26,156 nt of DNA from a virus (taxonomy: Duplodnaviria > Caudoviricetes), in the IMG/VR virus record IMGVR_UViG_3300030330_000263, positions 1 through 26,156 of that record; one strand, written 5' to 3'. Each line of letters begins with the position of its first letter. Positions within the stretch are counted from its first letter, which is position 1. A model generated the notes under the pieces. That model was given only the letters and a program-made list of their open reading frames with translations, was not told the origin of the DNA and did not search any database. The translations under genes and the position numbers were made by a program. Below, in pieces: positions 1-8,502 of the stretch.

Positions 1-837
1 GTAGAACGAAAAGGCAGGATCACAGTTATTGGAACTCCCAAGGGACGCAATGAATTTTATGAAATGTACGAGAGCGCAAAAAATGATCCCAAGTGGTTCA
101 GTCGCATGTACAAGGCATCAGAGACAGATATTCTAGATCCAGAGGAATTAGAGGAAGCAAAACGCACAATGGGTGTGGATCGTTATGATGCTGAATTTGA
201 GTGTAGCTTTGATAGTGCGGTTGCTGGATCTTATTACGCTGTAGAAATGAAGTTGGCTAGGGATGAAGGTAGAATAACTAAGGTTCCATACGATCCAGCC
301 ATGTCCGTTGTTACCTCATGGGATTTAGGAATTGGTGACAGCACGTCGATATTCTTTGCCCAGTTTCATTCTGGTGGTGAAATCAGGGTAATAGATCATT
401 ATGAAAATAGTGGTGTAGGTTTAGACCATTACGCAAAAGTTTTGAGCGATAAAGGCTATCATTACGAGCAACACATTTTGCCACACGATGTGCAAGTGAA
501 GGAGCTTGGTACAGGCAGAAGCAGATTAGAAGTTTTGGACGATCTGGGTGTGCGAAACATTGAAATAGCGCCAAAGCTTGCTATAGAGGATGGCATACAG
601 CAAGTCAGAAGCATGATACCTCGATGCTGGTTTGATGAGGAAAAGTGCGAAAGAGGAATAGAAGCATTACGGCAATATCGCAGAGATTTCGATGAAAAAA
701 ACAAAACTTGGCGAGGCCGTCCACTTCACGATTGGACTTCACATAGCGCAGATAGCTTTAGATATTTAGCGATTGGTTACAGGCGTCAAGATAATTGGGG
801 AGAGCCCATAAGAAGGAATTTGCGTGGCATTGCATAA
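1..837 (+). CDS. terL: Terminase large subunit, C-terminal part (5'-partial)
   Basis: Frame is open from base 1 (VERKGRITVIGTPKGRNEFYEM, the ATPase coupling-motif region). RNase H-like nuclease motifs follow: SWDLGIGDST, LPHD, HDWTSHSADSFRY. Confidence 0.95.
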   Translation, partial: VERKGRITVIGTPKGRNEFYEMYESAKNDPKWFSRMYKASETDILDPEELEEAKRTMGVDRYDAEFECSFDSAVAGSYYAVEMKLARDEGRITKVPYDPAMSVVTSWDLGIGDSTSIFFAQFHSGGEIRVIDHYENSGVGLDHYAKVLSDKGYHYEQHILPHDVQVKELGTGRSRLEVLDDLGVRNIEIAPKLAIEDGIQQVRSMIPRCWFDEEKCERGIEALRQYRRDFDEKNKTWRGRPLHDWTSHSADSFRYLAIGYRRQDNWGEPIRRNLRGIA

Positions 838-848
838 TGTGCTAGGGT
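820..848 (+). promoter_or_regulatory. Putative sigma70-type promoter
   Basis: TTGCGT (820-825), 17 nt spacer, TAGGGT (843-848) with an extended TG. GGAG RBS at 863-866 and ATG at 876 follow. Confidence 0.45.
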
Positions 849-875
849 GGCGGTAATTATTCGGAGATTTTACGA

Positions 876-1055
876 ATGGCTGCTAAAAGCAAAAAATCAA
901 AATCCAAAAAAACTAGTGGTCCCAAACCGAAAAACCCTGCGTTGTATGCTAGGGTAAAAGCGGAGGGTAAACGAAAATTCAAGGCATGGCCCAGCGCATA
1001 TGGTTCAGCATGGTTAGTGCGTGAATACAAAAAGCGTGGCGGTACGTATGCCTAA
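876..1055 (+). CDS. 59-aa basic protein, resembles N-terminal half of DUF5872 family (absent from ORF track)
   Basis: Manual translation MAAKSKKSKSKKTSGPKPKNPALYARVKAEGKRKFKAWPSAYGSAWLVREYKKRGGTYA. GGAG RBS upstream. The PSAY.S.WLV.EYK.RGG.Y motif is recognisable. Confidence 0.85.
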   Translation: MAAKSKKSKSKKTSGPKPKNPALYARVKAEGKRKFKAWPSAYGSAWLVREYKKRGGTYA

Positions 1056-1266
1056 ACGGGGTGGTGGCTTAACAAAATGGTTCAAGGAAGATTGGCGCGA
1101 TGTTAAGACAGGCAAGAAATGTGGACGAAGCGGAAAAAAAGATAAAGGGCGTCCTTATCCTGCATGTAGGCCAGCGAGCCAAGCAAAGTCTGCAAAGGCA
1201 AAGCGGATGGCTAAAAAGAAAACTGGACCAGCTAGGATCAGTTGGAAATCAAAAAGGAAAAAATAA
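1048..1266 (+). CDS. 72-aa basic protein, resembles C-terminal half of DUF5872 family
   Basis: ATG at 1048 overlaps the upstream gene end. Motifs GLTKWFKEDWRDV, CGR and YPACRP. Lys/Arg rich. Confidence 0.8.
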   Translation: MPKRGGGLTKWFKEDWRDVKTGKKCGRSGKKDKGRPYPACRPASQAKSAKAKRMAKKKTGPARISWKSKRKK

Positions 1267-1442
1267 TGGCTAAAGGTGTTAAACACTATTTAAGAGATGG
1301 TACGGTGCATAATGGACCCATGCATAAAATGGCAAACGGTATGCTCCATACTGGTAAAACTCACACAGCATCAAGTAAACGGTTGTATCATTTTGGTGAG
1401 TTGAGTGCTACAGCCAAGAAAAAAGCGCGAAGGAGATCATAA
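1266..1442 (+). CDS. 58-aa His-rich basic protein
   Basis: TAATG coupling at 1264-1268. MAKGVKHYLRDGTVHNGPMHKMANGMLHTGKTHT... has six His and a basic tail. Confidence 0.8.
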   Translation: MAKGVKHYLRDGTVHNGPMHKMANGMLHTGKTHTASSKRLYHFGELSATAKKKARRRS

Positions 1443-1498
1443 TGTATGGACATACAAAAAAAGGTGGTAAGAAAAAAAAGGGTAAGAAAAAGAAATGA
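1442..1498 (+). CDS. 18-aa Lys-rich micropeptide MYGHTKKGGKKKKGKKKK (absent from ORF track)
   Basis: Starts in a TAATG overlap with the upstream stop and ends in an ATGA overlap with the next start, filling the gap exactly. Confidence 0.65.
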   Translation: MYGHTKKGGKKKKGKKKK

Positions 1499-2223
1499 AA
1501 TTTTTGGACAACCTTTTCAAAAAGCCTGAAAAAGATAGACAGGCTGCATACAAGCCATCAAGCCCACAAACTAAAGCTGTTCAAAACAAAGGTGGCAGCA
1601 GTAAAAGCTCTCGTAGAGATATAGAGTTTGCAAAAGGTGGTCCGAGCAAAGAACAGCGCAAAAGAATATTAGCCAGCCAGAACGACAACAGGTTTGGCTA
1701 TTATGACATGAACACTGGTAAATATATACCAGCATTTATTGACATGTTCGACGGTGGTGGCATGAACACGTCTGGGGAGTTTTTTGAGGGTGCAGGGCTT
1801 TACAGCGCAGCGCTCAATGCGGCTGGAGTGGCTCCGTATGGATTTAATCGTCCACGGACTTTTGCTCAAGCTGGGATGGAAAATCGTCCAGAACTACCCA
1901 GAGCCACCAATGTGCCAACTCAAGAGCCACCAAGAAACTTCAGTAATATGAGATCTGGCATGGACCCATCAAATGCGTATGTTCCAACTACTCCAAGAGT
2001 TGGAATGGTTGAACTACCACCAGCAAATTTAGATCCAGTAGATGCAAACATGGGTGTTGGAAATATGCGCCGTGGATTAATGGAAGTGCCAAGCCCCTAC
2101 GGACCGATTTCTTTGCAGGGAAATGTAATGTCAACAACAGATGATCCAGCAATAATGATTGCAATGCTTCGTGAGGAAATGAGGCGCAGACAAAATGCAC
2201 CACCTACTTTGATGGGCGCATAA
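1495..2223 (+). CDS. Hypothetical protein, possibly internal virion protein
   Basis: Coupled at both ends. Basic N-terminus, Gly/Asp-rich core (FIDMFDGGGMNTSGEFFEGAG) and Pro/Met-rich low-complexity C-terminus. Confidence 0.75.
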   Translation: MKFLDNLFKKPEKDRQAAYKPSSPQTKAVQNKGGSSKSSRRDIEFAKGGPSKEQRKRILASQNDNRFGYYDMNTGKYIPAFIDMFDGGGMNTSGEFFEGAGLYSAALNAAGVAPYGFNRPRTFAQAGMENRPELPRATNVPTQEPPRNFSNMRSGMDPSNAYVPTTPRVGMVELPPANLDPVDANMGVGNMRRGLMEVPSPYGPISLQGNVMSTTDDPAIMIAMLREEMRRRQNAPPTLMGA

Positions 2224-2492
2224 TGCCAGAAAAGAAAAAAGATAGTCGATTAAAACGGGCTGGTGTTAGTGGTTACAACAAACCCAAGCGCACACCAAAT
2301 CACCCTACAAAATCACACATCGTTGTTGCCAAGGAAGGTGACAAAATCAAGACTATCAGGTTTGGTCAGCAAGGCAAAACTGGCGATAAAACCATGACTA
2401 AACGTGCAAAATCATTTAAGGCACGACACGCCAAAAACATCAAAAAGGGCAAAATGTCAGCGGCATATTGGGCCAACAAGGTTAAGTGGTAA
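2223..2492 (+). CDS. 89-aa basic protein, DUF5754-like viral family
   Basis: Motifs KTIRFGQQG, RAKSFKARH and SAAYWANKVKW resemble the K.IhFG..G / R..f.aRH / yW....lW pattern of small basic viral proteins. Confidence 0.75.
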   Translation: MPEKKKDSRLKRAGVSGYNKPKRTPNHPTKSHIVVAKEGDKIKTIRFGQQGKTGDKTMTKRAKSFKARHAKNIKKGKMSAAYWANKVKW

Positions 2493-4855
2493 TGGCAATC
2501 AGAGACTTCTTTTCACGTGAAGCTGGGCAACGTCGTAGACAATTTTTAACAGAATTAATTGACGATAATGTTGAACAATTCATACCGCCAAACTTACGGG
2601 CTCTGGCTGGTTTTGTTACAGAAGCAAACCCAATACGTGGTATGGGAAATGCAATTCAGTCAAGTAGGGTTGTTTTTGATCCAGAGCAAACCAGAGAGGC
2701 TAGACTTCGTGCAGCGGCTGACATGGGTATGGAGATGGCTTTTGCGGTTTCCCCAGCGGTACTCGCCAGAATGGGATACCTGACACCAGTAGCAGGAGCT
2801 ATGGAAAGTTTGCTTGGTGGATCTCCAACCACTGAGGCAATCAAAGAGCAAGCTGGCAGAACAGCGGCTGATGCTACAGGTATTGCAAGAAGTGTTGCGT
2901 CGGGTGATACCGAAATGCTTGGAGAAATATTTCAACGTGGCGCTGACGAAGCAAAACCTCTAAGTGCATCTGTGCCGTCGGATCAGTTTCCTCTAGTTAT
3001 GGATTATGAGGATATTGAAGTTGTTGACCCAATGGATTTGGTTGGGGCCACGTTTACTCCTACGCCAGCGGATTTGTTATCGGCTGGTACAAAAGCTACG
3101 GGAACTACAGCGGCTGGCAATACTAGACAAACACAAAGGCAAGGCGGTATTTTATTTCCGTTGCAAAACCCATATTATGATGCAGATGTTGGTTGGCTGG
3201 TTGACGCCAAAGGAAAAGCCACAACTAAACTTGGAAAAGACGCAGATATTATTGGCGTTACTGCAATGAGCCAAGTAGCTCACCAATCAAACAGAAGTAC
3301 GGCAGACGAATATTTAGGCGAGTTGGAAGCTTTTGTTCGGGATGGAAGAATTAGTCCAGAAAACATAAAAGCCATAAATAAAGAAATCAGAGATTACGGG
3401 GAAAAAACAACTCAACCAGAGCTCAAACGATTAAAAGATTTTGTAGGGTTTGATAGCCCTAATTTTGATGCTTACATGCAAGCTATTGGATTTGACGCAA
3501 GGGCAGCAATATCAAAGCAAATGTCAGCGCCAAAAATGGAAAAATACGGTGTTCCTAATTTTCAAAAAGTTTTGGATAGCAATATAGAGCAAAGATTTAT
3601 TGGACAAAATCAAGGCGACAGTATTTTGTTTTTTAAGCCCGACAGGAAAAGAGGCATAATAGATTTAGAAGCTGAAGGGCTACCGCCACATTTGTCATAC
3701 CGTCATGGTTTTGGCAGAGAAGGTGAGCTTTTCAGAATGAAAATGCCTGTACGAAGAGGATTAATGTATCCAACTTTTGAGGCAGAATACGCAACCAGAC
3801 CATCAATGTTGACGCCAAGCGGTCAGGTAAATGAGGCTAATGTTGCTTATGCTTTTGGCAGAGCATTGCCTACAGAAAAAATGACAGTGGACCAAGCTAG
3901 AAATATTCAAGAAGCTACTGACTTGGAAATGCTGCAAAACCCAACACAAGCTAGAATGATTGAAAGCGCTCTAAATGGTCAGTGGTCAACATCATTAACA
4001 GCTAAAAAAGATGGTGGTGTCTCTCCAACCGATTACGAGAGAGCCTTGAGAAGAAATCCATCCTTTCCATCATTAGAGCCATATACAGCGGCTGACATAA
4101 CGGCTGGTAAGAAATCAGGTGATTTGGTTACACAACAGCTAGGTGGCGGTGATATTTACTTTAGTTTAAAGAAAAATCCTGATTATACGTGGATGAACGA
4201 CGGCAAACCAATTCCAGAGCTTGGGCCCAATGAGGTTGATTTGGTGGGTGTAATTAACAATGAAAGAGGCGCAAAGGGCATTGCTGGGCCATCTATACTA
4301 GGAAAAGCCATAGAAGACGGGGCTACAGTGCTAAATGCGTTTGCAGTGCCCTCAAAAGCACACCCAGACGGTTTTTTAAATAATTTGTACGGTGGGTATG
4401 GATTTGAAGAGATAAAACGTGTACCATTCAGCAAAGAATTTTATATTGAAGATCGTGGGCAAAAAGCTTACGACGATTTACTACGCCAATGGCGGTCTGA
4501 GGGCTGGGACGAAAGTCAAGGTTTTCCAGACGTTGTTTTGATGAAATGGAAGGGAACAGATGAGCAACGAAGAAATGCAAGTCAACGAGTTTTCGAAAAA
4601 GGTTTCGAAGGCTTTGGGTCAGGAACAACTAGAGGCGTTGTCGCCAAGGCAAGAGGTACATCTAGACAAGGCGCTGGATCGTCTGATGGACAGAAAGCCT
4701 CTGGACAAAATAACCGACGAGGAAATACAGGGACTGTACAGTCTGGTGGTGGATCACCTATCTCCAGCCGCCTACGAGGTGCGTTAGACGAGTATGAAAA
4801 CTTGACGTCCCTTCAAAGAAGAAATTTAGGTTTATTAAGTGACAGGGGCAGATAG
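2492..4855 (+). CDS. Large probable virion (polyvalent-type) protein with C-terminal GNAT-like domain
   Basis: ATG 2492 in a TAATG overlap is preferred over 2486. Region 4232-4549 reads GVINNERGAKG..AIEDGATVLNAF..FLNNLYGGYGFEEIKRVPF..GW..PDVVLMKW. Confidence 0.7.
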   Translation: MAIRDFFSREAGQRRRQFLTELIDDNVEQFIPPNLRALAGFVTEANPIRGMGNAIQSSRVVFDPEQTREARLRAAADMGMEMAFAVSPAVLARMGYLTPVAGAMESLLGGSPTTEAIKEQAGRTAADATGIARSVASGDTEMLGEIFQRGADEAKPLSASVPSDQFPLVMDYEDIEVVDPMDLVGATFTPTPADLLSAGTKATGTTAAGNTRQTQRQGGILFPLQNPYYDADVGWLVDAKGKATTKLGKDADIIGVTAMSQVAHQSNRSTADEYLGELEAFVRDGRISPENIKAINKEIRDYGEKTTQPELKRLKDFVGFDSPNFDAYMQAIGFDARAAISKQMSAPKMEKYGVPNFQKVLDSNIEQRFIGQNQGDSILFFKPDRKRGIIDLEAEGLPPHLSYRHGFGREGELFRMKMPVRRGLMYPTFEAEYATRPSMLTPSGQVNEANVAYAFGRALPTEKMTVDQARNIQEATDLEMLQNPTQARMIESALNGQWSTSLTAKKDGGVSPTDYERALRRNPSFPSLEPYTAADITAGKKSGDLVTQQLGGGDIYFSLKKNPDYTWMNDGKPIPELGPNEVDLVGVINNERGAKGIAGPSILGKAIEDGATVLNAFAVPSKAHPDGFLNNLYGGYGFEEIKRVPFSKEFYIEDRGQKAYDDLLRQWRSEGWDESQGFPDVVLMKWKGTDEQRRNASQRVFEKGFEGFGSGTTRGVVAKARGTSRQGAGSSDGQKASGQNNRRGNTGTVQSGGGSPISSRLRGALDEYENLTSLQRRNLGLLSDRGR

Positions 4856-5473
4856 ATGGCACTAACTACATATAACGATCTCAAAGCATCTATAGCAGAT
4901 ACATTAAATCGGGATGATTTAACCAATCAAATACCAGATTTTATTAAGCTAGGAGAAAGTCAATTAATTAGGGATATTCGTCACTGGCGCATGGAAGATA
5001 GGGTTGTTGCTACAGTGAATAGCCAGTACACTGCTTTACCTACTAATTTTATCGAACCAATACGTCTTACTATACCTGCGCCAGAAACACATACGCTGGA
5101 ATTAGTAAGCCCTATGGAAGTTGCTAAGCTTCGGGAAGGTGCCAACGACACAACAGGCAGGCCACAACAATATGCTGTTGTCGATGGTGCTTTTGAGGTT
5201 TTCCCAAAGCCAGACGCAGATTATACTGTAGAATTAGTTTACTATGAAGAGATACCAGACCTAGCAACAAACAACACAAACTGGGTATTAACTTATTTTC
5301 CCAATAGTATTTTTTACGGTTCTTTGCTTCATTCCGCACCATTTTTACAGGAAGATGCAAGGGTGCAAGTGTGGAACGCATTGTATCAACAAGCGATTTC
5401 TGCTATAAATCTAGAAGGAGAGGCCGCTAGATCGTCTGGTTCTGGTCGTGCCATCAAAATAAGGAGCTATTAA
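4856..5473 (+). CDS. Head-tail adaptor (tail tubular A / SU10 adaptor-like)
   Basis: Characteristic N-terminus MALTTYNDLKASIAD.LNRDDLT.QIPDFI, plus TGRPQQYA, FPKPDADYTVELVYY, YGSLLHSAPFL.EDARVQVW. Confidence 0.85.
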   Translation: MALTTYNDLKASIADTLNRDDLTNQIPDFIKLGESQLIRDIRHWRMEDRVVATVNSQYTALPTNFIEPIRLTIPAPETHTLELVSPMEVAKLREGANDTTGRPQQYAVVDGAFEVFPKPDADYTVELVYYEEIPDLATNNTNWVLTYFPNSIFYGSLLHSAPFLQEDARVQVWNALYQQAISAINLEGEAARSSGSGRAIKIRSY

Positions 5474-5905
5474 ATGGCAAGTTTTACTAAAGTTAATGAC
5501 TTTGTGGTCAACCTAGCTAACGCTATGGACTTGGACAGCGACACGCTAAAAGTTGCACTTTGCAATACAGACCCAACATCTGGAACAAGTGTCGTGACGG
5601 ACGGAAACGGTATTTTAGCAAATGTGACAGAAATAAGTTATACAAACTTATCTGCAAGAACACTTCAAAATGTAACAAGCACTCAGACAAGTGGAACTTA
5701 CAAATTATCGGCTGATGATTTAGTTTTAACTGCTTCTGGTGGTTCGGTAGCACCTTTTAGGTACGTTGTGATTTATAATGACACGCCAACATCACCAGCA
5801 GACCCGATTGTTGGGTATTACGATTATGGTTCTGCGCTTACTTTAAATGATGGTGATACATTTACAATAGATATTGGCGCAAACGGTATCTTAACGCTTA
5901 CGTAG
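5474..5905 (+). CDS. Tail-associated structural protein
   Basis: Beta-rich 143 aa (DLDSDTLKVAL, FRYVVIYNDT, DYGSALTL.DGDTFTI) typical of phage structural genes. Sits between adaptor and fibres. Confidence 0.7.
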   Translation: MASFTKVNDFVVNLANAMDLDSDTLKVALCNTDPTSGTSVVTDGNGILANVTEISYTNLSARTLQNVTSTQTSGTYKLSADDLVLTASGGSVAPFRYVVIYNDTPTSPADPIVGYYDYGSALTLNDGDTFTIDIGANGILTLT

Positions 5906-5917
5906 TAGGAGAGCATC

Positions 5918-6682
5918 ATGGCAAAGTTATTCAATAGAGCCAAGATGAACACCTCCACTACTGGTAGCGGAACCGTTACATTAGGAACGGCTGAAGCAGG
6001 GTTTCAAACTTTTGCTGATGCTGGTGTTTCTGACAACGATGTGGTTCAGTACGTAATTGAAGAGGGTTCTAATTGGGAAATAGGTACTGGAACCTACGGA
6101 GCTAGTGGAACAACATTAACCAGAACCCCAAGCGAAAGCAGTGGAGGCGGTAGCGCAATTACGTTAAGTGGTGGCGCAAAAGTTTCTATCACCGTAATAG
6201 CAGACGATTTTAAAAGGCTACAGTTAGCAGGGTCAACAAAGGCTGAAGCTGTTTCGGGTGGCTTAAGTGTTACTGGCAACATTACGGTAACAGGAACGGT
6301 TGATGGTAAAGATGTTGCTAATGATTTTGTTGAAAAATCAGGATCGACAATGACAGGCGCAATGCGTCACGATCAAGATAGTGCATCTGCATCTGGTGGC
6401 ACTTTAACGCTTGATTTATCTGCGTCTAATAACTTCCATGTGACTATATCGGCGGCAACTACATTTGCATTTAGTAACAAAGATGCAGGTCGTTTTGGGA
6501 ATATTATTATACAGCAAAATGGAACAGGTGGTTATAGCTTTACGCTTCCATCAGAGTGTAAAACGCCAGTAAATGGAGCGTCTATCGTACAATCTACTGG
6601 TGCTAATGAGGTTTCGATACTTGCCTACTATGTTTTGGATAGCTCAAACATTTTAGTGAATTATATCGGTGACTTTGCATGA
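5918..6682 (+). CDS. Tail fibre/spike protein
   Basis: N-terminal [20 protein letters not shown] module, Gly/Ser/Thr-rich shaft and C-terminal [20 protein letters not shown] beta-domain. AGGAG RBS. Confidence 0.7.
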   Translation: MAKLFNRAKMNTSTTGSGTVTLGTAEAGFQTFADAGVSDNDVVQYVIEEGSNWEIGTGTYGASGTTLTRTPSESSGGGSAITLSGGAKVSITVIADDFKRLQLAGSTKAEAVSGGLSVTGNITVTGTVDGKDVANDFVEKSGSTMTGAMRHDQDSASASGGTLTLDLSASNNFHVTISAATTFAFSNKDAGRFGNIIIQQNGTGGYSFTLPSECKTPVNGASIVQSTGANEVSILAYYVLDSSNILVNYIGDFA

Positions 6683-7365
6683 GCATTGGTTTTTTAGCCA
6701 GTAAAAAAGAATTTACAACTTCGTTTACCACGACGTTTGATACAACATTTTCTACATCAGCGTCTACCACAACCACTTTTTCTACGTCTAAATCTACAAC
6801 CACTACTTTTAGCACATCTCACTCAACGACTACTACCTATTCAACGTCACATTCTACGACAACGACTTTTAGCACGTCCAGAACCACATATTATACCACA
6901 ACGTATTCAACTAATAATGCTTATGGTGCTTATCAATATAATACAAGCACTCTTTATGTATGGATACATCAATCAAATGGTGTTCAAAATAATGTGTGGT
7001 GGAATAACAGTGTTGTTGCACACTCTGGGTCTATGAATAATACGTCATATCTTTCTAATTATGGTGGGTATGACTATCAAATTGGATCATTACAGTACAA
7101 TGGCGGCTCTACTCTTTGGTATTCGTTAAGAAGAAGAGTATCGGGCGGTTATAACACTTCGCGTTCAACATCCAGAACAACTTATTTTAATACTTCGCGT
7201 TCTACAACAACATCTTATAATACTTCGCGCTCTACAACCACAACTTATAATACCTCTAGGTCAACGACTACGACATTTAATACATCGAAATCTACTACCA
7301 CTACCTTTAATACAACTAGGTCTACAAGCACCACAACATCAAGGACAACATCGTTTTATGCGTGA
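6679..7365 (+). CDS. Ser/Thr-rich 10-aa-repeat protein with central aromatic-rich domain
   Basis: ATGA overlap with the fibre gene. Two repeat arms flank a Tyr/Trp/Asn-rich core. Confidence 0.8.
   Translation: MSIGFLASKKEFTTSFTTTFDTTFSTSASTTTTFSTSKSTTTTFSTSHSTTTTYSTSHSTTTTFSTSRTTYYTTTYSTNNAYGAYQYNTSTLYVWIHQSNGVQNNVWWNNSVVAHSGSMNNTSYLSNYGGYDYQIGSLQYNGGSTLWYSLRRRVSGGYNTSRSTSRTTYFNTSRSTTTSYNTSRSTTTTYNTSRSTTTTFNTSKSTTTTFNTTRSTSTTTSRTTSFYA
6751..6900 (+). repeat. 30-nt codon-degenerate tandem repeats, N-arm (STS[AKHR]STTTT[FY])
   Basis: Units start at 6751, 6781, 6811, 6841, with a degenerate unit at 6871. Confidence 0.9.
7189..7338 (+). repeat. 30-nt codon-degenerate tandem repeats, C-arm (NTS[RK]STTT[TS][FY])
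   Basis: Units start at 7189, 7219, 7249, 7279, with a degenerate unit at 7309. Confidence 0.9.
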
Positions 7366-8311
7366 TGTAAATTTAGCAATAGACAGTGCGGTTTGTAAAT
7401 CGCTGCGTGGAAATGCAAACTCCATGATAGATTTTAAAGATGGAAAATTTGCTAACAAAAAAGATGTGGCAGTTTTAAATGAAAAATATTGGCCGCTTTT
7501 CGAAGTTGAGTTGTATGTTATAGAAACAGCCAAAAAACATAATATACAGTTATCTTTTGATGTAACTGCTAAAGAAGATTTATATTTTAAAACTATAAAT
7601 TACACGACTTATGCAGGGTTTTTTATTTTACATCCTTTGTGCTTTGAGCAATCAATGCGGCAAATGACGGACGCTTATGCAGATAATTGTAAAATTAAAA
7701 ACGATGGTCATATTGGCTATGTTAAGAAGTCTATTAATAACAACAAAAATTTTTCTAAGTATAATTTTGTACAAACAAAAAACGAAAAGCCAAAAGATGT
7801 TTTAGTCGTTTTAACTGGTGGCAATAAACTGAAAAAACATTCATGTGTCGGTAAACTTAAATCTATTATTGAAAAGCATGGAAAAGAAAATGTGTTGTTT
7901 AAAAAACATCCTATATCTGAAAATGATATTTATGAAGAGCTAAGTGAATTTCTTGGTGGTATTAATTATGCAAGTGGTCACAGCAATCTTCACGACTTAA
8001 TGATTTCGGCAAATCATATTTATACTACTATGATGAGCGAAAGCGCATTGATTGCATATGTGTTGAAAAAAAATGTTGATCATTATGATTTATGGCAAAA
8101 CCGTGACACAACATCTTTTGGACACATAAATCACTTTTTATTTTCTTCGTCTGATCCTTTGCTTTGGGCTAATCAATGCTTTGCCTCAAGTAAAAGCGGA
8201 GTAATACATCCAGAAATAGATGATAATTGGCAAAAAAAAGTTGATGAATATTTTGAATATATAATAAAATTACGTTCGTTTTTTGATGGCGCATATTTTA
8301 TGGAGAATTAG
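7358..8311 (+). CDS. Putative glycosyltransferase, KpsS/KpsC (Capsule_synth)-like GT-B fold
   Basis: VLFKKHP matches the K.HP motif. LHDLMISANHIYTTMMSESALIAYVLKKNV matches LL..A..V.T..S..g.eAl..gKpV. Visibly AT-rich. Confidence 0.55.
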   Translation: MRDVNLAIDSAVCKSLRGNANSMIDFKDGKFANKKDVAVLNEKYWPLFEVELYVIETAKKHNIQLSFDVTAKEDLYFKTINYTTYAGFFILHPLCFEQSMRQMTDAYADNCKIKNDGHIGYVKKSINNNKNFSKYNFVQTKNEKPKDVLVVLTGGNKLKKHSCVGKLKSIIEKHGKENVLFKKHPISENDIYEELSEFLGGINYASGHSNLHDLMISANHIYTTMMSESALIAYVLKKNVDHYDLWQNRDTTSFGHINHFLFSSSDPLLWANQCFASSKSGVIHPEIDDNWQKKVDEYFEYIIKLRSFFDGAYFMEN

Positions 8312-8313
8312 TA

Positions 8314-8481
8314 ATGAACATTACATCTATTAGAAAAGCTGTTTTACATCGCGCTGTAGGTGGTGCTTATTATGATTGTGTTATTGATGGTGAAGATGTT
8401 GGCGTGTGGGCTGATGAAAATGACGAAACATATCAAAAAGTAAAAGAAAAAATTGGTGATGGTGATGTGTGGCCTACTTAA
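8314..8481 (+). CDS. 55-aa acidic hypothetical protein (absent from ORF track)
   Basis: MNITSIRKAVLHRAVGGAYYDCVIDGEDVGVWADENDETYQKVKEKIGDGDVWPT. GGAG RBS at 8302-8305. Fills the gap between flanking genes. Confidence 0.75.
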   Translation: MNITSIRKAVLHRAVGGAYYDCVIDGEDVGVWADENDETYQKVKEKIGDGDVWPT

Positions 8482-8502
8482 TTTTTATGAAGGAGTGAAA
8501 AA

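Noticed and set aside
1021-1265. Track starts at 1021 and 1242
   Set aside because: They overlap real upstream genes. Coupled ATGs at 1048 and 1266 fit better.
6751-7338. 30-nt periodic repeats as a CRISPR array or DGR template
   Set aside because: The repeats are contiguous, codon-degenerate and spacer-free. No cas or reverse transcriptase gene is in the window.
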